From: a bacterium
Lineage (GTDB): Bacteria; Chloroflexota; Dormibacteria; Aeolococcales; Aeolococcaceae
DNA length: 64,000 nucleotides
Assembly: GCA_021803465.1 (NCBI GenBank)
Contig: JAJZLL010000049.1
Coordinates: forward strand, 33,675 to 97,674
Direction: 5' to 3'
The notes below the pieces were generated by a model. The model was given only the letters and a program-made list of their open reading frames with translations, made no database searches and was not told where the DNA came from. The number at the start of each line of letters is the position of its first letter. Position 1 is the first letter of the stretch. The translations under genes and the position numbers were made by a program. Positions 29,429-37,462 of this stretch are shown here, piece by piece.

Positions 29429-31594
29429 ATGAACGGGGTGCAGACCCCACCAACGTCCGACCCGCGACAGACGGACACGGTGGTTCGTTCGGTGAATCGG
29501 AGCACTCACATCCCCATGAGGGAGGTGATCTCTGCCGCAGAACTGGAATCGGAACAGGAAGACGCGAAGAAGAGGCTACGGGAGGTACAGCCGAAACGGT
29601 CAGACATAGGCATTGACCGTGACGACGTTACCGATGTGCTTCTTGCGACGGCTGAGCCTGAGGGCGGAAACCACGTACTTCTGTACGGACCCCGCGGAAC
29701 TGGGAAAACAACGAGTGCAGCACGTGCCCGCTTTCTCTCTCCGGATGAAACACCTCAGCCCGTGTATTCCATCACGCTCACAAGCGAACAGTCAGCAGCA
29801 TCGCTTTGGGGACACTGGATGCCCAAGGGCGACCAGTTTGTCTGGAATGATGGACCGATGCTTCGTGCCTGGAAGGAGGGAGCGCTTCTCGTCATCAACG
29901 AGATCGACCATGCTTCAGAGGACGTGCAGAACGTTCTCCATGTCCTCCTCGATGATCCCGAGGTCGCCCAGTTCACACTCCCCACAGGCGAGACTGTCCG
30001 TCCGGGAAAGGGTTTCCGCTGCATTGCCACAATGAACGGATTTCCTGAGGACATTGCAGAGCCCGTGCTCGACAGGTTCAGCCTCACAGTGGATGTGGAC
30101 CGTCCCAGCACAGAGATGATTGAGGCACTGCCAGAGGATCTCCGCGAGGAGGCACGCTGGCAGTACAAGCATGTCGATGATGAGCGTGGGGAGCCTGCAG
30201 TCACGTACAGGCAGCTCGAAATGTTCGCTTCCCTCAGGAAGACGCTGTCAGCAGAGACTGCTGCTGCGCTCGTATTCGGATATGACAAGTCCCGGGCCTC
30301 TCAGCTTGTGAAGGCTTCAGCCTCAGCTGCGCAGCATTTCCAGTGGGAACGCCAGTTCTCCGATCCCGAGGCATTCAATGCCCTGGAGCGTGAATGGGAG
30401 AAGCGCCATGCAGCACGCCAGGACGCTCTCGACAGGGAACTCCAGACAATTACTGCACGATATCCCAGTCCACCGGAACCAGTTCCTGTCACACCTGACC
30501 TGCCAGTGCGGCCAAAGGACTCCATTTTCCATCGGGGAGAAATTGCTGCATGGGAAGAGGCCTGTGAGCGCATCAGGAGTGAGGCCGACCACACGTACCG
30601 CACAGCACTGGACGCATGGTATGCGGACTCGAGCCGTATCGAGCGGACCCGGAGAGAGCTCGTCCGTCCCCTTCGTGAACACTTCTCCACGGAGGAGGAG
30701 GCTGACCCTCAGCCAATGAAAGCCAAGGAGCCGAAGCTGCACCATGTGAAGCAGGAGACGGAAGATCTCTCGGAGGCAGCACTCGCACCGGTTGCCAGGG
30801 ATGAACTGGGAAACTTCCTCAAAACATGCGCGCAGCCCGAAGGTGGAATGCATGCGCTCCTGTTTGGACCTCCCGGAACGGGGAAAACCTCGGCCGCAGT
30901 TGCTGCTGCTCTCACAGGCTCCACAGGATCCCAGCCCGTGTACTCTGTGACGCTCACGAGCGAACAGTCAGCAGCATCTCTCTGGGGCCACTGGGTGCCC
31001 AAAGGCGACAGCTTTGTGTGGAATGACGGTCCCTTCCTCATGGCCTGGAGGGAAGGAGCGCTTCTAGTTGTCAATGAGCTGAACCATGCGTCAGAGGATG
31101 TGAGCAACATGCTCCATGTGCTTCTTGACAATCCGGAGGTTGCCCAGGTGACTCTTCCAACCGGGGAAACTGTGAGGCCACAACAAGGATTCCGGTGCAT
31201 TGCAACAATGAATGGCACCATCGATGATGATGTTGCACCCGCAGTCCTTGACCGGTTCTCCATCATTTCACCTGTCATTGAGCCAAGCACTGCAATGATT
31301 GATGCACTTCCGGAACACCTGCGCGCCTTTGCCCGATACCTTTACTCCGACAAGAACCATGACCGTCTGGATGATGGATCTCCTGCAATCACCTATCGCA
31401 CCCTAAGCAAGTTTGGAGAACTTCTCGAGGACATCCCTGAGCCATTCGCAGCAAGCGTTGCAACCCATGGGGATCTCCAGCGAGCCCAGAGTCTCCTTGA
31501 AGCATCGGTGGGGGGACGGGCAAAGCTCATGGAGCAGAAGGGCAAGCAGTCCCCGGCAGCATCGGCTCCTTCCCAGCATGCGGAAGTGGAATAG
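29429..31594 (+). CDS. Tandem-duplicated MoxR-like/AAA_5 ATPase (two AAA+ modules)
   Basis: Walker A GPRGTGKT (29687) and GPPGTGKT (30866); Walker B LLVINE / LLVVNE; FRCIATMN sensor 1 and LDRF Arg finger in both modules. Start uncertain (29261, 29429 or 29516). Confidence 0.88.
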   Translation: MNGVQTPPTSDPRQTDTVVRSVNRSTHIPMREVISAAELESEQEDAKKRLREVQPKRSDIGIDRDDVTDVLLATAEPEGGNHVLLYGPRGTGKTTSAARARFLSPDETPQPVYSITLTSEQSAASLWGHWMPKGDQFVWNDGPMLRAWKEGALLVINEIDHASEDVQNVLHVLLDDPEVAQFTLPTGETVRPGKGFRCIATMNGFPEDIAEPVLDRFSLTVDVDRPSTEMIEALPEDLREEARWQYKHVDDERGEPAVTYRQLEMFASLRKTLSAETAAALVFGYDKSRASQLVKASASAAQHFQWERQFSDPEAFNALEREWEKRHAARQDALDRELQTITARYPSPPEPVPVTPDLPVRPKDSIFHRGEIAAWEEACERIRSEADHTYRTALDAWYADSSRIERTRRELVRPLREHFSTEEEADPQPMKAKEPKLHHVKQETEDLSEAALAPVARDELGNFLKTCAQPEGGMHALLFGPPGTGKTSAAVAAALTGSTGSQPVYSVTLTSEQSAASLWGHWVPKGDSFVWNDGPFLMAWREGALLVVNELNHASEDVSNMLHVLLDNPEVAQVTLPTGETVRPQQGFRCIATMNGTIDDDVAPAVLDRFSIISPVIEPSTAMIDALPEHLRAFARYLYSDKNHDRLDDGSPAITYRTLSKFGELLEDIPEPFAASVATHGDLQRAQSLLEASVGGRAKLMEQKGKQSPAASAPSQHAEVE

Positions 31595-31605
31595 GAGGAT
31601 ATGTG

Positions 31606-33480
31606 ATGGCACAGACCTCTCACCGCAATGAACTTGGATACCTGGTGGATGGCTGGTCCCCTTCCGACAAACCATGGAAAGTGTCTCCCTCGGGAAACGG
31701 AGAGGGAGCGACCGATGCTGCAGCAAAGACTGCTGTCGTTCCACAGGCGGACAGCGCAGCACGACGTGCAGTCCGTCTGCACGAGGCCATCCATGCTGCA
31801 GTTGGTGAACAGCAGTTCCATTCTCCCTGGGAGAAGGCGCTCGAGGAGATGCGCGTTGATGCCATTGCCCATGGCCAGGGAGTGGACACGTCCCGACGGC
31901 TCGATGAGTATGATCTCTCGAGGCGTACTGTTCCCACTGTCCACGAGGACGCTGCACGCGTCTGGCTCCAGCTTGCGAGTGCTGCCTGCACTCCTGAGAG
32001 CCTCGCGAACGGCGCACCTGCTTTCCGTCCAGACATTCCTGGGGATCTGGAGAAGCTGACTGAGCGCGTGTTCGAGACGCTCTCTCCTGAGGAGAAGCGG
32101 GCAGTGACTGCTGCAGCTGAAACGCTCTACCATTCCCCAGCAGCCTCCACCCGTGATGTGCTGGCACGATCCCTGACGAGAAGATTCTCCGGCATGTCCA
32201 CAGGCGATCCGTCTCTTTCCCAGAACGGAAACGGGAAAGACGGACAGCCGGATGCTGGCTCACCGGGACAGCCTTCAACCTCAGGAAGCGAAAGGAATAC
32301 TCCTTCTGAATCCATGGCTCCGTCCCAGAACGCTTCAGCTGGTGAGGCACCATCTGAGGAGCAGACCAGCGCTTCCTCCGGCGAAGCCGGCTCTTCGGAG
32401 AACGTGGGAGTCGGCGAGCAGAATCCTGGAGCTTCCAGTGCTGAACAGCAATCCTCTTCAGGGGGAAGCGCCCCCACTCAGCCTTCACAAGGCGGAAGCA
32501 CAGGTGCCCTCCCTGCAACACCCAGCGACTCCATGGACAGTGGCAGCACCAAAGAGGCCAGTAGCCAGGACTCCGTCCAGAGTGGCTCTTCCAGCAGCGT
32601 TTCTGGAGAACGCACACGAGTCGAACCCCTCGGATGCACGGACGAGTCCACCCAGGAGGAAACCCAACAGCCAGATGGGTCGTGGAACACGTCCGGTCCC
32701 ATGCACATCCAGCATGCCAGTTCCCACCCACCGCAGGAGCTGCCCAAAAAGCTCTCCAATGGAAAGCGCGAGCATGATGGGCCACGGTCAACTGGCTCCG
32801 CTGGGAGTTCCACCCACTCCATAGGGCGACTTGTCATCGATGAGCATACGAACAGGAGCCACTCCGCCATCCCCATCACCCAGCCTGCAGGAGCAACGGA
32901 CACAGGACAGATCCCGGAGGTGATGGAGCGGTGGGCTGAGGACAAGCAGGTGTTCCGCACACGGCGTGGAGGGGGAACAATCCTCATCGACTGCTCTGGC
33001 TCGATGTCGTGGGACTGGGATGAGCTCAAGAAGGCAATCAAACGGTTTCCCACGCTTTGCATTGCCGTGTACAGTGGCCGCGACAGCAGTGGAAGACTCT
33101 GCATCATTGGCAAGGATGGCCGCTGGGCGGATTTCGATCCATCCCATATGAGCGGCGGCAACGAGGTTGACCTGGAAGCGCTCACCTGGCTCAGCTCCCA
33201 GAAGGGACCTCGGGTATGGCTGTCTGATGGATGCATATGCGGAGGACGGGTGGGAGCGCTCGGACTTGATGCTGCAGCCCGGGAGGCGCGGTCTCTTGCA
33301 GTCCATGCGAAAGTCATCCGGGCTGGGTCCATCGACGCGGCTCTTGGCGTCCTCCGTGTCCACGGCATGCGTGCTGTCAAGGGATCGTTCAATGCGCATT
33401 CGCCAGAATTCATTCCGAGCAGCTGGATTGAGTCGCGGTCCTACCGGCCGTACCGGTCCTCATATGGCATGGGCTTCTAA
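31606..33480 (+). CDS. HExxH domain + low-complexity linker + VWA (MIDAS) protein
   Basis: HEAIH (31780) followed by EEMR; long Ser/Gly/Gln/Pro-rich tract; ILIDCSGSMS (32989), GGN and WLSDG; AGGAGG RBS directly after the AAA stop. Confidence 0.85.
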   Translation: MAQTSHRNELGYLVDGWSPSDKPWKVSPSGNGEGATDAAAKTAVVPQADSAARRAVRLHEAIHAAVGEQQFHSPWEKALEEMRVDAIAHGQGVDTSRRLDEYDLSRRTVPTVHEDAARVWLQLASAACTPESLANGAPAFRPDIPGDLEKLTERVFETLSPEEKRAVTAAAETLYHSPAASTRDVLARSLTRRFSGMSTGDPSLSQNGNGKDGQPDAGSPGQPSTSGSERNTPSESMAPSQNASAGEAPSEEQTSASSGEAGSSENVGVGEQNPGASSAEQQSSSGGSAPTQPSQGGSTGALPATPSDSMDSGSTKEASSQDSVQSGSSSSVSGERTRVEPLGCTDESTQEETQQPDGSWNTSGPMHIQHASSHPPQELPKKLSNGKREHDGPRSTGSAGSSTHSIGRLVIDEHTNRSHSAIPITQPAGATDTGQIPEVMERWAEDKQVFRTRRGGGTILIDCSGSMSWDWDELKKAIKRFPTLCIAVYSGRDSSGRLCIIGKDGRWADFDPSHMSGGNEVDLEALTWLSSQKGPRVWLSDGCICGGRVGALGLDAAAREARSLAVHAKVIRAGSIDAALGVLRVHGMRAVKGSFNAHSPEFIPSSWIESRSYRPYRSSYGMGF

Positions 33481-33619
33481 GGCAGGACGGGATGGACACG
33501 TGATACACTGCACTTCGTTGTGAGGAGGATCCGGCCTGCGATCGGACGACTCCTTCCACCCGTGTACTGGGCGTCCTGCACACATTTCTGCCACCCGCAC
33601 GAGACAATTGTCAGCAAAG

Positions 33620-33663
33620 TTATCCACTTCCTGTGGATAGGTTGGGGATAACTACGGTAGAAT
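33620..33663 (+). promoter_or_regulatory. DnaA boxes and -10 element upstream of dnaA
   Basis: TTATCCACT (33620), TGTGGATAG (33632) and TGGGGATAA (33643), each one mismatch to consensus; TAGAAT at 33658. Confidence 0.8.
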
Positions 33664-33711
33664 GCACGAAATGCGGGGGCTCTCCCCTCGCACATACAGC
33701 AGTGGACAGGC

Positions 33712-35127
33712 ATGGATGAAGTCACACGAGAACTCGACGGGGAAGTAACCTTTGATCCCCACCGGGTCTGGGAGATCGCACAGGAAGAGCTCAAATTCCA
33801 GTTGACGCGTCCCGGATACGAGACCTGGCTTGCGAACGCGAAGCTCGTCAATGCGGAAGGCGCTACCTACACGATCGGCGTTCCCACAAAGCTCGCACGT
33901 GACTGGCTCACAGAGCGGTATGCGCCACTCATCAAGGAGACTCTCGCAGGCATCCTTTCGAAGGAGTGCGACCTCGTCATCACTGTTGTCGACACTCCCG
34001 AGGCCCTTCCCATTCCCGATGATCCGCCAGTGCGGGAAGCTGAGGAGTTTTCCGCCTCCACATACGGCTCCCAGTTCGAAGATGACTCCAACGATGCAGT
34101 CATCAACCCAAACTTCACCTTTTCAACATTCGTTGTTGGCAACAGCAGCAGGTTCGCCCATGCAGCGTGCCTGGCTGTCGCGGAAGCTCCAGGGAAGGCG
34201 TACAATCCGCTCTTCATCTACGGCGGTGTGGGTCTGGGGAAAACACACCTCATGCACGCCATAGGAAACGCTGTGCGTGCGAAGACACGCCGTCCACCAA
34301 AAGTCGTGTATGTGACTTCAGAAAAGTTCACCAATGAGATGGTGCTTGCCATCCAGCAGGCCAAGACGAACGAGTTCCGGCAGAAGTACCGGTCCGTCGA
34401 TGTCCTCCTCATTGACGACATCCAGTTTCTTGCAGGCAAGGACCGAACCCAGGAGGAGTTCTTCCATACGTTCAATGCCCTTTACGAGGTTAGCAAGCAG
34501 GTCGTAGTCTCAAGCGACCGTCCACCGAAGGACATCCCCACGCTCGAAGACCGCCTCCGCAGCAGGTTCGAGGGTGGCCTCATCGCTGACATCAAGCCAC
34601 CGGACTTTGAAACCCGTCTCGCAATCCTCCACAGCAAACTCGGTGCGAAATCGTGGCTTGTGAGTGAAGAAGTGTGCGCATTCATGGCCCACCGCATCCA
34701 GAAGAACATCCGTGAACTCGAAGGTGCCCTCATCCGCGTTCTGGCGCATGCATCAATCAATCAGCGTCCTGTCTCCCTTGAGGAGGCACAGAGCATTCTT
34801 GCGGACATCATTCCCGATGCCACGCCCCTTTCCTCACTCAGCATTTCCGCCATCCAGCTCAATGTGGCTACGTACTTCGGCATTTCGCTTGAGGAAATGA
34901 ACGGGAAACGCCGTGACAAGCAGTTCGTCCTCCCACGACAGGTGGCGATGTACCTCTGCAGGGAAGAGACCGATGCATCCCTTCCCGCAATAGGAGCAGC
35001 ATTTGGCGGAAGGGACCATACGACTGTCCTCCATGCGATTGAGAAGATATCGGAACTCATGGGCGAGGATGAACGACTTGCATCGGATCTCGTCGCTCTT
35101 CAGACGCTTCTCCAGAACACACAGTGA
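33712..35127 (+). CDS. dnaA: Chromosomal replication initiator DnaA
   Basis: YNPLFIYGGVGLGKTHL, LLIDDIQF, QEEFFHTFN, NIRELEGAL and GGRDHTTVLHA. Confidence 0.98.
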   Translation: MDEVTRELDGEVTFDPHRVWEIAQEELKFQLTRPGYETWLANAKLVNAEGATYTIGVPTKLARDWLTERYAPLIKETLAGILSKECDLVITVVDTPEALPIPDDPPVREAEEFSASTYGSQFEDDSNDAVINPNFTFSTFVVGNSSRFAHAACLAVAEAPGKAYNPLFIYGGVGLGKTHLMHAIGNAVRAKTRRPPKVVYVTSEKFTNEMVLAIQQAKTNEFRQKYRSVDVLLIDDIQFLAGKDRTQEEFFHTFNALYEVSKQVVVSSDRPPKDIPTLEDRLRSRFEGGLIADIKPPDFETRLAILHSKLGAKSWLVSEEVCAFMAHRIQKNIRELEGALIRVLAHASINQRPVSLEEAQSILADIIPDATPLSSLSISAIQLNVATYFGISLEEMNGKRRDKQFVLPRQVAMYLCREETDASLPAIGAAFGGRDHTTVLHAIEKISELMGEDERLASDLVALQTLLQNTQ

Positions 35128-35374
35128 TGAGGGATAAACCTGTGGATGAAACTGCTCAGCCGGTGTGGAAACTGTGGACAGCGTGCACCCCTGTCACCTG
35201 CCTGTGGACAAACCGGCCAGATATGCACAGCGCCCCAACGTCAAAACCTGTTGTGCTAACACGCTTTTTTGAGTTATCCCCAGAATCCCCAGCTTATACT
35301 ACTGCATCTATTTGATATATCAGTTCATGGTTACTATTAATGTGTGTGCATAATTCCAACATCAGGCACGAAGG
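35128..35374. other. oriC: oriC (DnaA-box cluster, trio-like run, AT-rich element)
   Basis: TGTGGATGA (35141), TGTGGAAAC (35164), TGTGGACAG (35173), TGTGGACAA (35203), TTATCCCCA (35274) and GAATCCCCA (35283), followed by TATACTACTGCATCTATT and an AT-rich stretch. Confidence 0.85.
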
Positions 35375-36526
35375 ATGGTTGATATGAAGTGTACGTTTCT
35401 TCCCTCACAGCTCAGCCAGGGCCTGTCCCTAGTCCAGCGGGCTGTTTCGCAGCGCTCCACCCTTCCTGTTCTGGGAAATGTGCTTATTGAGACTGTTCCT
35501 GGAGGTCTCAGACTTTCTGCAACAAACCTTGACCTCGCCATTGTCGACACTGTTCCTGCAGAAGTCGCAAAGGAGGGCAAGACGTCTGTCCCCGCAAAGC
35601 TGCTTGCGGACTACGTTGGATCCCTTCTTGAAGTTCCCTGCACCATGGAGCTCGACCCGCAGGGCCGTGTGCTCAACCTGACGTGCGGACTCCACAAGAC
35701 GAAACTTCATGTCATCGATCCTGCGGAATTCCCACCGCTTCCTGTTGCGGAGGGGGGGACATCCGTCATCGTTGATGGGAAGACGTTCGCGGCAGGCGTT
35801 GCCCAGACCGTCATTGCTGCAAGCAGCGATGAGACGGAACGCGTGTATACGGGCGTGCGGATCAAGGTGGATCCTTCAGCCCAGACAGTGACCCTCGCAG
35901 CCACGGACAGGCACCGTCTTGCCCTGAAAACGCTGCCTGCAAAGGAAATCCCTGATGGTGATGAGCAGCTCATAGCCATCGTTCCCGCCAAGCATCTGCA
36001 GGAAGTGGCAAGGGCAGTGAACGAGGCAAGGAAGGAAGTGGCCATCGCTCTTGGTGGCACGACCTCATTTGTGACATTCACGGTTGGGGATGTTGTGGTG
36101 ACAACGCGCACCATTGAGGGAAGATATCCCAAAGTTGAACAGGCCATCCCTGATGCTGCGGGGACAACGGTCGTGCTTCCAACTGCGGATCTGCGTCGGG
36201 AAGCAAAGACTGCATCCATCCTGGCCCGTGAGGAGTCGAATCCTGTGCGGATGTCCATAACCAGCGGAACGGTCGTGCTCACAGCGTGGTCGTCGGATGT
36301 CGGAGATGATGAAGTGCCCATACCTGCGGATGTCACAGGAGAGGGACTGGAGATTTCATTCAACTCAGGGTACTTCCTTGCTGCTCTGGAAGCGCTTGAC
36401 AGCGATACCGTCCACATGTCGTTCAACAAGGCTGAAGAACCTGGAACAATCCGTCCCCATGGACGGGAGGATTACGTTTACCTCCTCATGCCTGTCCTTC
36501 ATCCCTCTCTTCGGCCTTCCCTCTAG
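35375..36526 (+). CDS. dnaN: DNA polymerase III beta sliding clamp
   Basis: STLPVLGNVL, ATNLD, ATDRHRL, IEGRYP, ISFNSGY and YLLMP; alternative start at 35384. Confidence 0.96.
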   Translation: MVDMKCTFLPSQLSQGLSLVQRAVSQRSTLPVLGNVLIETVPGGLRLSATNLDLAIVDTVPAEVAKEGKTSVPAKLLADYVGSLLEVPCTMELDPQGRVLNLTCGLHKTKLHVIDPAEFPPLPVAEGGTSVIVDGKTFAAGVAQTVIAASSDETERVYTGVRIKVDPSAQTVTLAATDRHRLALKTLPAKEIPDGDEQLIAIVPAKHLQEVARAVNEARKEVAIALGGTTSFVTFTVGDVVVTTRTIEGRYPKVEQAIPDAAGTTVVLPTADLRREAKTASILAREESNPVRMSITSGTVVLTAWSSDVGDDEVPIPADVTGEGLEISFNSGYFLAALEALDSDTVHMSFNKAEEPGTIRPHGREDYVYLLMPVLHPSLRPSL

Positions 36527-36583
36527 AGACGCTGTGAACCACATGTTCATGGAAGCGCGCACACATGTGCGCACTGGCAGACA

Positions 36584-37201
36584 GTGAGGTCTCAGCAGAC
36601 GCTCAGCGAGCCTGACAGGCGTCTTGTCGCTCATTGGGAAGCGGACTGCGCAGAGGGGGTTCTGGAACTGTTCGAGGAGGAATGCCCAACGGATACGCGG
36701 CCCCGTGCTCTCATAGAACGTGCCCGTGCGTTCGCAGGAGGAGAACTGGCTGCAGGGGATGCCATCCGCCAGCGGTTTGTCGGTGGTGTTTGCACGAATG
36801 AAGCGATGAGCGAAGCCGCCAGGGCAGCAGTCTGTCACATGGGAGCGCATGGATTGGGAGCAGCAGCGTATGCAGCAGTGGCAGTTGGCCTGGCTGCATT
36901 TGACGTTCCCGAAGCTGCAGGGAACGAGATTCGGTGGCATGTTTCCCACATGTCTGAAGCAGTGCAATGCGCTCTCAGCACGCTCCCGCCAGTGGGTGTG
37001 GACAGCTCTGGTCCCCTTGGCCCAGGACTTCTCTCTCGAGGGAAGCTCCTGGAAAACGTTCGTGAGCTCCAGCTCTCTCTTGCCCAGAGCAATTCACCCG
37101 GGAATGAGCGCAGTGGACTAGGATTCGCAGGAGAGGGATGGTTTCTGGGAAGCCAACAGCTACTGGCGGACCCGGAATGTGCTGATAGTGCCCTCGCCTA
37201 G
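36584..37201 (+). CDS. Imm5-like putative immunity protein
   Basis: W.ADCAE.VL..FE...DTRPR..IE.ARAFA.GE and HMGAH..GAAAYA pattern. Confidence 0.7.
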   Translation: MRSQQTLSEPDRRLVAHWEADCAEGVLELFEEECPTDTRPRALIERARAFAGGELAAGDAIRQRFVGGVCTNEAMSEAARAAVCHMGAHGLGAAAYAAVAVGLAAFDVPEAAGNEIRWHVSHMSEAVQCALSTLPPVGVDSSGPLGPGLLSRGKLLENVRELQLSLAQSNSPGNERSGLGFAGEGWFLGSQQLLADPECADSALA

Positions 37202-37462
37202 CCGCGCATTGAGCGTGTCGATGATGCGCTGCTGGTCATAGTGGAGCTGTGTCGCGAAAGATGCATTCGCTACCTGGACATTAAGGTGGCCACTGCGAAA
37301 AGAGACGTGCGTGCAGAGCGCGAAGAGGTCTGGTCCAAGGAGATCCCGCAGGGACTCCTCAACACGCGCAGTCGTGACTGGAGTGTACACGCCAAGGGAC
37401 CTGAGAGAAGCGTTGAGAAGGTCTCCGATATGATTTTCCCGATGGTGTTCCTGATCAGTCAT
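37160..37462 (-). CDS. DUF721/DciA-family protein
   Basis: About 100 aa, overlapping the recF stop; HIGDLL, G.LNVQV..ASFATQL and IIDTLN. Confidence 0.8.
   Translation of the reverse strand: MTDQEHHRENHIGDLLNASLRSLGVYTPVTTARVEESLRDLLGPDLFALCTHVSFRSGHLNVQVANASFATQLHYDQQRIIDTLNARLGEGTISTFRVRQ

Noticed and set aside
31403..32791. Long antisense ORFs such as 31403..32791, 6000..7334 and 4063..4974
   Set aside because: They overlap well-supported genes, have no motifs, and are expected shadow ORFs in high-GC DNA.
28500..33620. att sites or target-site duplication flanking the AAA/VWA block
   Set aside because: Only a 7-bp AAGGCAG match was seen, which is within chance, and there is no recombinase. 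Not called a mobile element.
36535..36549. TGAAC-cacat-GTTCA as a LexA (Cheo) box
   Set aside because: The spacer is 5 nt, not the 4 nt of GAAC-N4-GTTC.
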